IMG/VR virus record: IMGVR_UViG_3300009155_000061
Origin: an uncultured virus (IMG/VR IMGVR_UViG_3300009155_000061)
Taxonomy: Duplodnaviria; Heunggongvirae; Uroviricota; Caudoviricetes
Length of the DNA: 20,000 bases
Reading direction: 5' to 3' (one strand)
Shown: positions 1 to 9,788 of the stretch, piece after piece
How positions within the stretch are numbered: position 1 is the stretch's first letter
How the letters are laid out: the number at the start of each line of letters is the position of its first letter
Translations under genes and position numbers: made by a program
The notes under the pieces: generated by a model
What the model was told of the DNA's origin: nothing
The model's database searches: none
What the model saw: only the letters and a program-made list of their open reading frames with translations

Positions 1-30
1 AGAAGTAAGAACTATTCGTATCTTGGCGAT

Positions 31-1380
31 ATGAGTGATAGTATCGGCGTTTTAGCAAATATTGGCTTTAAGATTGACGATGCAACAGGGTATTTGTGGG
101 ATGTACAGTGTAATCAAGGAGTGCCAGCTCCTTTCCCACCTACACTACACAATAAAATAAGTCAAAATACAAGAGAGATCTCGTTCAACCTTAGTAAAAA
201 AAATACATCTATGATGAGAACAAACCTTATCAATTTACAACGGGTAAGTAAGCAATCTACAAATGCTCTAGATACAATGGCAGCAACATCAGTACAATCA
301 CATGGCACGAATCTTGTTGGAGATATGAATTTTGCTATTGAATTTTATAAAGAGCTTCCTCAAATAGTTCAGCAATTAGTTAATCAATTCGGTCAGTTAT
401 ATTATGAATTTATTTCATACTTCAACACTATAAATGATATACAAGGATATAATCCTCGTGTAGCTCCTACATATAATAAGCAATTTATAACAAATATAGA
501 GTTTGAGCTTGATGTTGAAGGTACTAGACAAAAGCTAGATCTTTTACAAAAGAAAATTAAGGTATCAATGAGTACGCGCACTATTGCAAATACAATTAGT
601 GTAGAAAGATTAAACGCAGGGGACCCCCTCGCACCGAATATCACCACTAGTTCAATTAATAATAGATTTTTATTTCAAGAAAAAACCTATCAAATACCTA
701 TACCTGCTTCACTTACAGAATTTGCTGCAAAGAAATTAGATATTGCACAAGGCGTAATGTCCCTACCCAATGAATCATTGAATACACTCAATAACGTTTT
801 GGATAAAATTAATATAAACAATATACCTGGTATTGATGCAGCACTTGGTCCGCTAAATTCATTAGGATTAGGTGGTGTATTATCACCTTTTAGCGAAGCT
901 GTTAATGGCTTAGTTACACCCTTAAGAGATGTAATAGGTAATATCGGCGCATTAACGCAAAACCCATTTTCTATACTTGGAGATTCCGTTAAAATTAACG
1001 GTGCAACTAATGGAATATTACCTTCAATTAATTTAGGATCAATTCCGGAGATTTCAGCACTTATAACACGTACTAATTTGGGAAGCTTTACCAGCTTTAA
1101 TCTTAATAGTGTTGGAAATATATTTGAACTAGCTCAAAGCGTAAAAGGTATTATATGTAATTTCGAACTTCCTATTATAGGTAAGATAGATCCATCGTTT
1201 GTTTTCGATATAGACTTCGACCCGGATACATTATTGAATAAACTTAAATCAATGCTACCTAAATTACCTACAAAAGATGACTTTAAGAAGTTACTTAAGA
1301 ATCTTACACCTAACTTTAAGCAGATATTTAAGAATCTATTTAATAACTTCTTTACCTGCAATAATAACAATAACTTTTAA
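31..1380 (+). CDS. Hypothetical protein, possibly 5'-truncated; may be structural
   Basis: 449-aa ORF. The frame is also open from base 1 to 30 (RSKNYSYLGD), so the true start may lie upstream of the window. The C-terminal half is rich in G/N/L/I/P. No family recognised. Confidence 0.75.
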   Translation: MSDSIGVLANIGFKIDDATGYLWDVQCNQGVPAPFPPTLHNKISQNTREISFNLSKKNTSMMRTNLINLQRVSKQSTNALDTMAATSVQSHGTNLVGDMNFAIEFYKELPQIVQQLVNQFGQLYYEFISYFNTINDIQGYNPRVAPTYNKQFITNIEFELDVEGTRQKLDLLQKKIKVSMSTRTIANTISVERLNAGDPLAPNITTSSINNRFLFQEKTYQIPIPASLTEFAAKKLDIAQGVMSLPNESLNTLNNVLDKININNIPGIDAALGPLNSLGLGGVLSPFSEAVNGLVTPLRDVIGNIGALTQNPFSILGDSVKINGATNGILPSINLGSIPEISALITRTNLGSFTSFNLNSVGNIFELAQSVKGIICNFELPIIGKIDPSFVFDIDFDPDTLLNKLKSMLPKLPTKDDFKKLLKNLTPNFKQIFKNLFNNFFTCNNNNNF

Positions 1381-1859
1381 TCTTCTAGCTTTTCTGATTT
1401 TACAATTTCCGCTTCAATTGTCTTTGCACTTGTATTTGCGCTATCGATAAGCATTTTAAATACCTGTTCTCTTGTAGCTAAAAGCTTTGTTGTAGTATCA
1501 ACTTCTTTTAATTCTCTTCTTGATTTAATATCCATATCTTTAGCCTTAATTACAGTTTCATTTCTCTTGTCTGTCACTATAATTTTATTAAGAGTCTCAA
1601 TAGCTGTAGAGGTTGCTGCTATTAAATCAGCCAAAGAACTTACATCCTTATTCTCCGGAGCTGATGAAATATAGTCCTTTACATTGGTAACAACCTCTAA
1701 ACTCTCCTTAACAAGCTTACCCGCATTCTCTATAACAAACTTTTCAATATTTTCTTTTGTTAATGGATCAGACTCTTTTTGAGCTACAACAGCTTTTTTA
1801 TTAGCCTCTTGGAGTTGACCTAGTAAATCACCAACCATTTCATTTAACTCATCGCTCAT
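1377..1859 (-). CDS. Helical protein, possible terminase small subunit (T4 gp16-like)
   Basis: 160 aa with two long amphipathic helices (LVKESLEVVTNVKDYISSAP / DVSSLADLIAATSTAIETLNKI) and a C-terminal LLATREQVFKML. This resembles the size and layout of gp16-like proteins (FVGST.EL.KML). It is preceded by a late-type TAAATA. The CDS is well supported; the function is tentative. Confidence 0.45.
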   Translation of the reverse strand: MSDELNEMVGDLLGQLQEANKKAVVAQKESDPLTKENIEKFVIENAGKLVKESLEVVTNVKDYISSAPENKDVSSLADLIAATSTAIETLNKIIVTDKRNETVIKAKDMDIKSRRELKEVDTTTKLLATREQVFKMLIDSANTSAKTIEAEIVKSEKLED

Positions 1860-1864
1860 ATTAT

Positions 1865-1870
1865 TATTTA
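1865..1870 (-). promoter_or_regulatory. T4-like late promoter core TAAATA
   Basis: Minus strand reads TAAATA-ataat-ATG, ending 5 nt before the start at 1859. Confidence 0.65.
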
Positions 1871-1877
1871 ATAACTA

Positions 1878-1904
1878 TTGATTTTTATAAAGGTATATTA
1901 TAAT
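1878..1904 (+). promoter_or_regulatory. Sigma70-like early/middle promoter for dUTPase and clamp loader
   Basis: TTGATT (1878-1883), 15-nt spacer, TATAAT (1899-1904), then 6 nt to ATG 1911. The same architecture recurs at 15673-15700. Confidence 0.6.
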
Positions 1905-1910
1905 AGAGGT

Positions 1911-2372
1911 ATGTATATTAATGAAAGAGATCCGAATACGCAGTTTTTGCCTGTTTTAAAGTTCGAAAAAACACATAATTTAGCTAAGCTACCAAGTAAA
2001 AATCATGAATCTGACACTGGATATGATGTATATAGCATTGAAGACAAGATAATTCCTGCTCGCGGCTTTGCAATCATTAATGTTGGTCTTAAATTTGCCG
2101 AAATACCTGAGGGCTATTGGATTAAAGTTGAGAGCAGAAGCGGTCTTGGATTTAAGCATAGTATTATGGCACATCCGGGTATTATTGATAGTGGATATAG
2201 AGGAGATGCAGGTGTTAAGCTTTATAACCTTTCTGATACTGATTATCAAGTCCGTATAGGTGATAGGATAGCACAGTTTGCTATTTACTTCAACATCTCT
2301 ATGCCAGTTGAGTGGGGTAAAGTTCAAGAAACTACTCGAGGTGAAAAGGGATTCGGATCATCAGGTAAATAA
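1911..2372 (+). CDS. dut: Trimeric dUTPase
   Basis: All five dUTPase motifs are present: TGYDV, SRSG, GIIDSGYRG, RIAQ and RGEKGFGSSG. ATG 1911 is preferred over TTG 1878, which lies in the putative -35 box. Confidence 0.97.
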   Translation: MYINERDPNTQFLPVLKFEKTHNLAKLPSKNHESDTGYDVYSIEDKIIPARGFAIINVGLKFAEIPEGYWIKVESRSGLGFKHSIMAHPGIIDSGYRGDAGVKLYNLSDTDYQVRIGDRIAQFAIYFNISMPVEWGKVQETTRGEKGFGSSGK

Positions 2373-3304
2373 TGAATTACGATTTCTCAAATCTCTGGGT
2401 TGAAAAGTGGAGACCGAAGACTTTATCCGATTTTATTATATCAGATAAAAATAAAACGATTATCGATTCATTTAAAGACAAGAAAGAAATACCTAATCTA
2501 TTATTTACAGGCACTCCAGGTCTTGGAAAGACGTCGTTAGCCAAGATTTTAGTTAACGACATACTCGATTGTCAGTATCTCTATATTAATGCAAGTGATG
2601 AAAATGGTATTGATACGATTCGCAATAAAGTAACAGGGTTTGCACAAACTAAAAGCTTGGATGGTAAGATTAAAGTTATTATTTTAGATGAGACAGACGG
2701 TCTATCTATCGATGCACAACGTGCACTACGTAATACAATTGAAGAGTTTGCAAAGATTACACGTTTTATCTTAACTGCAAATTATAACTACCGGGTCATA
2801 CCTGCTTTACAGAGTAGATGTCAGAGCTTCGACCTCACACCTCCTATGGACGGTGTAGTCAAACGCTGTGTTCATGTATTAAAAGCTGAAAAAATTGTTA
2901 TTAAAGAAGAAGAAAAGCCAAAGTTGCTGGAGTTTATTAAGTCAAATTACCCCGATCTCCGTAAATGCTTGAACGAACTACAAAAATATTCAAGTTCAGG
3001 TACACTACAGTTAGCCGATACAAAGAATAACGAAGTATTACAACTTATTTTTAGTGAAATTAAAAAGAAAAACATTACAGCACTTCGTAAAGCATTAATT
3101 GAAAACGAAGCTCAGTTTAATAACGACTACGTGACATTAATGAGGAATCTGTTTAATCATGTCGACGAAGTAGAAACTAACGTAGATCTAAAGCGGTACT
3201 ATCTTCTTACGTTATCTGAGTATATCTATCGTAGCTCGTTTGTTATAGACCAGGAGATTAACTGTTATAGCTGTTTAATCAGCTTATCAGATGCTAAGAA
3301 TTAG
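2372..3304 (+). CDS. Sliding-clamp loader AAA+ subunit (T4 gp44 / RFC small subunit-like)
   Basis: N-terminal WVEKWRPKTL, Walker A GTPGLGKT, INASDENGIDTIR, Walker B ILDETD, arginine-finger LQSRC and PDLRK. TAATG overlap with dUTPase. Confidence 0.95.
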   Translation: MNYDFSNLWVEKWRPKTLSDFIISDKNKTIIDSFKDKKEIPNLLFTGTPGLGKTSLAKILVNDILDCQYLYINASDENGIDTIRNKVTGFAQTKSLDGKIKVIILDETDGLSIDAQRALRNTIEEFAKITRFILTANYNYRVIPALQSRCQSFDLTPPMDGVVKRCVHVLKAEKIVIKEEEKPKLLEFIKSNYPDLRKCLNELQKYSSSGTLQLADTKNNEVLQLIFSEIKKKNITALRKALIENEAQFNNDYVTLMRNLFNHVDEVETNVDLKRYYLLTLSEYIYRSSFVIDQEINCYSCLISLSDAKN

Positions 3305-3909
3305 CCTTTTGGCAGATATTTTGCAGTATAAGTTGCTGGATCAGCTTGACCAACTGCAGGTACAGAAGGTATCTTGACGTTAGTATTATTCAATACTCGA
3401 TCCCCTGCTGATAACTTCTTATTACCAATATCAGACAAGCGAGTCCTGTATGGTGAATAAAAGGGAACTTCCTGTTGTTCGTCTTTTACTTTTTTGGGCT
3501 TGATTTGAACACGTTTTGCTGGATCATCTTTTTTAAATACTTCAGGTACTTCAGGTAGATTAGGATAATTACACTTTGTCTCGAGCATTCTACCAGGAAC
3601 AGTAACAAAACTCATATATCTACCAGGAGCTATCTCTGATGTGACATCAATATTGACTTCACTACCGGTATAATCTGTATTACCTGCACCTTGCACGTTA
3701 GGATAGATATTTTTAATAGCAGATACACGAAGATTTAAACCACTATCGATCATATTCTTAATCTTTTCTTGTGTATTAGTACCTAACTCTTTAAACCACT
3801 TGTCATTCAATGCATCTTTCTTAAAGTAAACAACATCTCCTGCTAAAAACCCTTGACCTGTAAATCTTTGCATTGCTGACTCGTATATCTTAGTAAACTT
3901 CTTGTTCAT
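3301..3909 (-). CDS. Hypothetical late protein, possibly virion-associated
   Basis: 202-aa ORF preceded by ATAAATA, which ends 6 nt before the ATG. The C-terminal part is rich in K and P. No family recognised. Confidence 0.75.
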   Translation of the reverse strand: MNKKFTKIYESAMQRFTGQGFLAGDVVYFKKDALNDKWFKELGTNTQEKIKNMIDSGLNLRVSAIKNIYPNVQGAGNTDYTGSEVNIDVTSEIAPGRYMSFVTVPGRMLETKCNYPNLPEVPEVFKKDDPAKRVQIKPKKVKDEQQEVPFYSPYRTRLSDIGNKKLSAGDRVLNNTNVKIPSVPAVGQADPATYTAKYLPKG

Positions 3910-3915
3910 TTAAAT

Positions 3916-3922
3916 TATTTAT
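3916..3922 (-). promoter_or_regulatory. T4-like late promoter ATAAATA
   Basis: Minus strand reads ATAAATA-atttaa-ATG (start at 3909). Confidence 0.65.
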
Positions 3923-3965
3923 GGCTTTTAATGGTGTAAAACCATTTTTAAAAGAATAAAAATCA

Positions 3966-3973
3966 TATAAATA
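3966..3973 (+). promoter_or_regulatory. T4 late promoter consensus TATAAATA
   Basis: Exact match to the T4 gp55 consensus, ending 5 nt before the GTG start of the gp25-like gene. Confidence 0.8.
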
Positions 3974-3978
3974 CATAT

Positions 3979-4464
3979 GTGGCGACTATAAAGGTAAATA
4001 CAGTAAGAGAACCAGTTAAAAGCAGTACTCGCTTCACTTACACTGATTTAAAGCTAGATTTAGAGTTTGACTTTACAAGGAATAACGAGTTTTTAAAGCG
4101 TAGAGAAATAAGAGATTTAAGAATAGACTACGATTATGCAGCAATTCGCAATTCTATCTTTAATTTGTTTAATACAATACCTGGCCAAAAAATTCTAAAC
4201 CCTTATTTTGGATTAAATTTAGTACAGTATATTTTTCAACCCCTGAGTGAGGCGCTAGCTAATAATATAGGTAACGACATTCTCAAAGGCCTTACTTCTT
4301 TTGAACCTAGAGTGCAGGTTCAAAGAATTAATGTTGCGGTTGACGAACCAAATGCGCAGTATATCATAACACTTATAGTCTCAATACCTACAATTAAAAC
4401 AGACACTAGCTTTAAACTTGTTGGGTCATTAAATAATTCAGGATTTAGATTTATAAACAATTAA
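3979..4464 (+). CDS. Baseplate wedge subunit, gp25/GpW-like
   Basis: YTDLKLD...AIRNSIFNLFNTIPGQKILNPYFGLNL..YIFQP...FEPRVQV matches the gp25 family pattern (TxxGER..P.FG..L..LFEP...EPRV). It lies directly upstream of a gp6-like gene. Confidence 0.92.
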   Translation: MATIKVNTVREPVKSSTRFTYTDLKLDLEFDFTRNNEFLKRREIRDLRIDYDYAAIRNSIFNLFNTIPGQKILNPYFGLNLVQYIFQPLSEALANNIGNDILKGLTSFEPRVQVQRINVAVDEPNAQYIITLIVSIPTIKTDTSFKLVGSLNNSGFRFINN

Positions 4465-4465
4465 T

Positions 4466-6325
4466 ATGGCTGAATTTAATAATTATCCTTTACCTGCAGA
4501 TGGTTATGTAGCGTTTGATGCGTTAAGCTTAAAGGGCTTAATCACTACAAGACTAAACACTAACAATTTTTTTACAGATCAAAATTTCGAAGGTAGTAAT
4601 ATCTCCTCAGTCATCGATATTGTAGCTTATGCGTATCATGTTTTGCTTTTTTATCTCAATAGAACAAGTTCGGAAAGCACTTTTACTACTGCAGAATTAT
4701 ACGAAAACATTAATAAGATAGTTAAAATCTTAAATTATAATCCTATTGGTTATCAAACAGCACTTTTATCTTTTTTAGCTACAGCAAAAGCAACATTACC
4801 ACCTGCAACTTATACAATACCAAGATATTCCTACTTTTCTGTTAACGGTACAAATTATTGCTTTAATAAAGACACAACTTTCATAAAACAGACACAAGAT
4901 ACAGAGGCATTAACAGACTTACAAGAAAATAACCTTCTACACCAAGGTACTTTTGTAGAATATCCCACTTACTTTGCAGTTGGCGAGCCATTTGAGATAT
5001 TAACAATGGCGGTAGTTGGTCCTAATAATACAAATGTACAAATAGATCATTTTAATGTTGAAGTTTATGTAAAAGACAATACTATCGCAGCACCAAAATG
5101 GGAAAAATGGTCACCTACACAGTCGTTATTTCTTGAAAGATCAAATTCACAAGTTTATGAAATAAGATTAAACGAAAATGAGCGTTATGAGATTCGATTT
5201 GGTAATAATGTAACCGGTAAACAGTTAAACCCAAATGACGAAGTTGCTATTTATTATTTACGTACAGATGGCACTCGTGGTCAGATAGGACCAGGGCTAC
5301 TTGATAACAATAAACTCTTTTTTTATAGTACAGCTCGCTTTAACCAGATTAAAGCCGATACAACACCAGAGAACTTAAACATAATTACACAAGGTCAAGC
5401 AAACAACATACAATTCTCTAACATAGATGCTTCCACAGCGTTTATTGATCGTGAAAGTGTTACAAGTATTAAGAATAATTCAGCTAATACCTTTAGAAGC
5501 CAGTACAGACTAATTACTGCAAATGATTTTACTAATTATGTGTCTAAAAATTACAGTAATATAATTTCTTCTGTTCAAGTTGTCAATAATTGGGATTATC
5601 TTTCCGGGCATATAAAATATTACTTCGATCTCGGTGTTTCAAAACCTAATCTTGAAAGTCGCGTTCTTTTTAATCAAGTTAAATTTGCTGATGCATGCAA
5701 TTTTAACAATGTATACATTTATGCTGTACCAAAACTTGAAAAATTAACTTCTCTTACAACAAGGTCAAGTTATTTAAACACCTCACAAAAGCAGCTTATT
5801 CTTAATGACCTTCAGCAGCTAAAACTCACAACATCTGAAGTAATTATAAATGACCCTGTTTATGTTGCTGTTGATATAGGTACAAATTTTCCCGGTGAAC
5901 CGCTTTCACCATCAATTTGTGACAATTCTTATATTGAAATCTCAAGAGATATCACATCAAAGAGAAATCCTGAATCACTAAGAGATCAAATTTCAAGAAT
6001 ATTCGCAAATTATTTCTCTAATTTAAAGGATAATTTAGGGTCAATAATCAGCTTAACAGAAATTACTAATCAGATACTTGCTATACCAGATTCCGGTATT
6101 CTCAATATAGTAACAAAGAGAACTGAAGGTGACCAAACAGTAACCATACCAGGTATAAGCCTTACTATTTATAATCCTATATATCCAGAAGATGATATTA
6201 AGGTTACAACACAAGATACACAGCTTCCTTATTTTAAATTTCCATTTTTAAACGACTCTCTCGATTTTGCTAATAAGATTGCCATAGTCACTCCTTCATT
6301 ACAATCACTTCAGAAGGAGTATTAA
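4466..6325 (+). CDS. Baseplate wedge subunit, T4 gp6-like (baseplate J family)
   Basis: FTDQNFEGSNISSVIDIVAY, ESTFTTA, LNYNP, YEIRFGNNVTGK and ESVTSIK...QYRLITANDF are gp6 hallmarks. The 619-aa length fits. Confidence 0.93.
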   Translation: MAEFNNYPLPADGYVAFDALSLKGLITTRLNTNNFFTDQNFEGSNISSVIDIVAYAYHVLLFYLNRTSSESTFTTAELYENINKIVKILNYNPIGYQTALLSFLATAKATLPPATYTIPRYSYFSVNGTNYCFNKDTTFIKQTQDTEALTDLQENNLLHQGTFVEYPTYFAVGEPFEILTMAVVGPNNTNVQIDHFNVEVYVKDNTIAAPKWEKWSPTQSLFLERSNSQVYEIRLNENERYEIRFGNNVTGKQLNPNDEVAIYYLRTDGTRGQIGPGLLDNNKLFFYSTARFNQIKADTTPENLNIITQGQANNIQFSNIDASTAFIDRESVTSIKNNSANTFRSQYRLITANDFTNYVSKNYSNIISSVQVVNNWDYLSGHIKYYFDLGVSKPNLESRVLFNQVKFADACNFNNVYIYAVPKLEKLTSLTTRSSYLNTSQKQLILNDLQQLKLTTSEVIINDPVYVAVDIGTNFPGEPLSPSICDNSYIEISRDITSKRNPESLRDQISRIFANYFSNLKDNLGSIISLTEITNQILAIPDSGILNIVTKRTEGDQTVTIPGISLTIYNPIYPEDDIKVTTQDTQLPYFKFPFLNDSLDFANKIAIVTPSLQSLQKEY

Positions 6326-9300
6326 TGGCTTCGCTAAATTATACTTACGTATATTTTAACATAAGAGACTTTACTAGCAAAGAAACTCTTTCTGCGTTTA
6401 CTTTACCTCAAACAACTCTTACTTTTGTACCTGATTTTACATCTTCTACAGTATTAACTGCAGCTGACGCTGTTTCTAATAAGCTATTAAGATGGGACTT
6501 CGGTGATGGTAGTTTTTCTAATAGTCTTACTGCAAGACATTATTATAAATTTCCCGGCGAATATAAAGTACGATTGACGATATTCGATAGGTTTGGTAAT
6601 GCTTATGATAGTTCTTATAGACCTACAATTCAAGTTAACGATTTTATAAGAGATCAAACATTGTTTAGAGATTTTGATAGATTTATCTATGATGTACCCG
6701 CTAGTAAGATTATTGAGCCCATAGAATTAAGAAGACAGAATAGCTGGCAGTCTTATAATGCATTAAGTAGTACTGGGTATACTATATTTCTCTATGCTTC
6801 CGGCGCATTAAGCCAGTATCAAAACCAAGATAATTTTTATAATGATAAATGGTCACACCTACGAGCATTAAGCAGGTTTTATATTAAACAACCAGTAGGC
6901 ACTTCATTCGAATATAAATTAGTTGATCGAATTACAGATAAAGGTACAGAAATTTATGCAAGAATCGTGGGAGAAGATTTTAGAATATGTTCAAAAAATG
7001 ATTCAGGTAGCTTTTTCGTAGGTACTACTGGATCTTATACGTTTTACTATGTAGATGATACAACAAAGAACTATACATCTCGTGAACCACCAATATTTGT
7101 TTTTGCTACTTTAGATGCAGCTAAATTTAACGATAGATATACTGAAAACAATGATAGCTATAAAGATATAAATTATATGCCTTATAGTTTTCAGAACCTT
7201 AAGCCTGCAGTAATGCCTATTATTAAAGTACGTCATAACCCTGCAGAATATATCTCTATATCTACCACAGGTATTGTTGGCGAAGGAGCACTATCTTCAA
7301 CGAAATTCGATATACCTGTTTTATCTTGGCAAAACACAGAAGTTCCTTTTGTTATTAGATTAAAAGATGAAGATAATTTTACAACAAAAACATATCCCCC
7401 TTTATCCTCTTCAACTGTTAATACTGCATTATCTTCTTTAACCTCTTTTAATGTTGAGTTTGGAATGCTCAGAGATACAGGTACAGGTTTCGAACCGGTT
7501 ACCGGTATATCTTATTACGAAGATTTCGATAAAGATGCTCCGCAGAGTATTGGTGCTTTTTATAAAGGATACTTTATAACACCTGAGCCTACATATAGCT
7601 GTAAATTAACTGCAAGTGTAACTATTCAAGACCCTATTAACTATCCTAAAGATGCTTTTATAGGCTGGGCAGCTATACCCCAATACGATGTTATAGTAAG
7701 ATTATTTAGAGAGCAAATATATAGTTCATGCGCCGGCGGTGTAACTTTAACTATTTCTGCAGCAAAGAACTTTGTTTACGATTATAATAATAGAAACATT
7801 TATGCAATTCAGGTAGCTCCTTCTGGAGCTGGTGCAGGCAACGATTTTCAAGCATGGTTTGCCGATGCTACTAACGATTCATTAATTAAATTTACAGCAC
7901 AAGGTGTGCTTCTGTCATCTTTTACGCTTTCATCATACCCTGTATTAAACGGTTCAACTATTTCGTATGTCAATCTTTTAAATAATGTTCTTAGTAGCTC
8001 TGCTCCTGCAAGCATTACACTCGACGGCGAAAGTAATTTATGGATGGCGTTAGCCGATGCTGTTTCTGCTATTAAAATTGACGGAAGATCAGGTTATATT
8101 CTAGCTAATGCATACCCAGATGTAACAAACATTACATACTTCTTAAGCGGTGATTATAATATACCCTTCTTAAGCGGTTTTGCCGGTGAAAATTTAGTTT
8201 ACCCAGTCAGCATTGATTCTGATTATGATAATAATATCTGGGTCTCTTATACACATCCTGTATGTAGCTTCTTAACCAAATATGACACTTATGGTCAAAT
8301 GCTAACAGTAATACCCTTTAATCCCCAGCTTTCACTTGGAGAAATATGTATTGATAGAGATAAAAACGTCTGGGCAACCGCTATGAATTTAACACTCACT
8401 GGCGCGTCTTTATCGGGTAGAAACGATTATCTTTATAAATTTAATTATCGTGGAGATTTGACACCAGGATACCCTATATCAGGGTTTAGGCTTATTGGCA
8501 ATATTACTACCGATATGAGACAGAACTTATGGGTCGTACACGATAAAGACACTGTCACAAGAGTCGACGGCTTAAACGGAACTACTTCTGATTATGCTGC
8601 AGGCTCCGGTAACTTTACAAATTACATTTGTAGTATCGGTGGTATAGCAGCAGATACTAATGACTTTTTATGGATTATAAATAATTTTGATAACAAATTA
8701 TATTTTATTGACACATTAGCTCCAAAAGTAAGTTCTGTTAATTATCTCAACAACGTTGATCTCTTTTTACCAGGTCAGAGCCCTACTAATGACCTTTCAT
8801 CATTTCAAGAAAGATCATACCTTGCGTACGGGGATTGGCTTGGCGCAAGATGGATTAATAAACGAATGATACCAACAACCACTACTAGAACTATTACAGG
8901 TGAATCAAATATTTTTAATGTATATCCTGTTTCTGGTCAATTTGGTTTAGCTAAGATAAACGAAGATTTTAATGCTGAAGGATTTTATAAATCGCTAGTC
9001 TTTACAGAAAGTCTTGAAGATAAAAATATATTCTTTGATAATTTTCTAGGTACAATAGTGGGCGGGTTAAGCGCACAACCTTATGAATTAGGAAAAACTG
9101 TTTACGAAAAAATAGCCAATTACGTAAGTAACAGAACAGATATTGATAAATGTAATTTAGACGCACTATTATCGTTCTGTAAAGAACTATCAATACAGTT
9201 TGAACAATACAATTATCCTTTCCCGCCTCAATTAACAAGATTAGTAAACATTCTTTCTATAAAGCATAAAAATCTTTGGGGTGAATTAAATAGATTTGCT

Positions 9301-9780
9301 CTTAACTTCAGACAACGCGGTACTCAGTTTAATCCCGATTACGGTACAAACCGCGGTGAAGAGCTTTCAACTATTACCTCCAGTATTACATCGGGTATTC
9401 CTATTATAGCATATGAAACCTTTTCTAACAATTATTTCTTAGTTAATATTAATAAGATACCAAACACTACTTTAGGTACTATTTTGCCGCTCTCCACTTA
9501 TACATATGATTGGGGCTGGAGCCTTGTAGCACCTCGTGCATTAACCGGTGATAGAATATCTGATTTTTATAAGTTTTATACCTATGTTGAGAAGTACGAA
9601 AACTCACATTACGACAGTATAATCAATTGGAATGACCCTCATACAACAATAAACTACTATAATAGCTCGTTTGATTCATGGAAAGGCACTAATGGGATAA
9701 TGGATAGTCTTATTAGCTATGAACTAACAAAAGGCTTAAGATTGTTTCTAAGCGCTGGTGACATAGTATATAATAATTAA
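6325..9780 (+). CDS. Large baseplate-associated protein: PKD domain, beta-propeller repeats and a gp7/P2 gpI-like C-terminal region
   Basis: PKD signature WDFGDG...HYYKFPGEYKVRLT. About six NHL/Vgb-like blades ([IT]xxDxxxN[LIV]W). C-terminal DIDKCNLDALLSF. It occupies the gp7 position after gp6 and is coupled to it by TAATG. Confidence 0.7.
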   Translation: MASLNYTYVYFNIRDFTSKETLSAFTLPQTTLTFVPDFTSSTVLTAADAVSNKLLRWDFGDGSFSNSLTARHYYKFPGEYKVRLTIFDRFGNAYDSSYRPTIQVNDFIRDQTLFRDFDRFIYDVPASKIIEPIELRRQNSWQSYNALSSTGYTIFLYASGALSQYQNQDNFYNDKWSHLRALSRFYIKQPVGTSFEYKLVDRITDKGTEIYARIVGEDFRICSKNDSGSFFVGTTGSYTFYYVDDTTKNYTSREPPIFVFATLDAAKFNDRYTENNDSYKDINYMPYSFQNLKPAVMPIIKVRHNPAEYISISTTGIVGEGALSSTKFDIPVLSWQNTEVPFVIRLKDEDNFTTKTYPPLSSSTVNTALSSLTSFNVEFGMLRDTGTGFEPVTGISYYEDFDKDAPQSIGAFYKGYFITPEPTYSCKLTASVTIQDPINYPKDAFIGWAAIPQYDVIVRLFREQIYSSCAGGVTLTISAAKNFVYDYNNRNIYAIQVAPSGAGAGNDFQAWFADATNDSLIKFTAQGVLLSSFTLSSYPVLNGSTISYVNLLNNVLSSSAPASITLDGESNLWMALADAVSAIKIDGRSGYILANAYPDVTNITYFLSGDYNIPFLSGFAGENLVYPVSIDSDYDNNIWVSYTHPVCSFLTKYDTYGQMLTVIPFNPQLSLGEICIDRDKNVWATAMNLTLTGASLSGRNDYLYKFNYRGDLTPGYPISGFRLIGNITTDMRQNLWVVHDKDTVTRVDGLNGTTSDYAAGSGNFTNYICSIGGIAADTNDFLWIINNFDNKLYFIDTLAPKVSSVNYLNNVDLFLPGQSPTNDLSSFQERSYLAYGDWLGARWINKRMIPTTTTRTITGESNIFNVYPVSGQFGLAKINEDFNAEGFYKSLVFTESLEDKNIFFDNFLGTIVGGLSAQPYELGKTVYEKIANYVSNRTDIDKCNLDALLSFCKELSIQFEQYNYPFPPQLTRLVNILSIKHKNLWGELNRFALNFRQRGTQFNPDYGTNRGEELSTITSSITSGIPIIAYETFSNNYFLVNINKIPNTTLGTILPLSTYTYDWGWSLVAPRALTGDRISDFYKFYTYVEKYENSHYDSIINWNDPHTTINYYNSSFDSWKGTNGIMDSLISYELTKGLRLFLSAGDIVYNN

Positions 9781-9783
9781 ATA
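9778..9783 (+). promoter_or_regulatory. T4-like late promoter core TAAATA
   Basis: TAAATA overlaps the upstream stop codon and ends 5 nt before ATG 9789. Confidence 0.55.
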
Positions 9784-9788
9784 ATTAA

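Noticed and set aside
1878..1910. TTG start for dUTPase; AGAGG at 1905-1909 as a Shine-Dalgarno
   Set aside because: The TTG is part of the putative -35 box, and AGAGG is only 1 nt from the ATG, too close to act as an SD.
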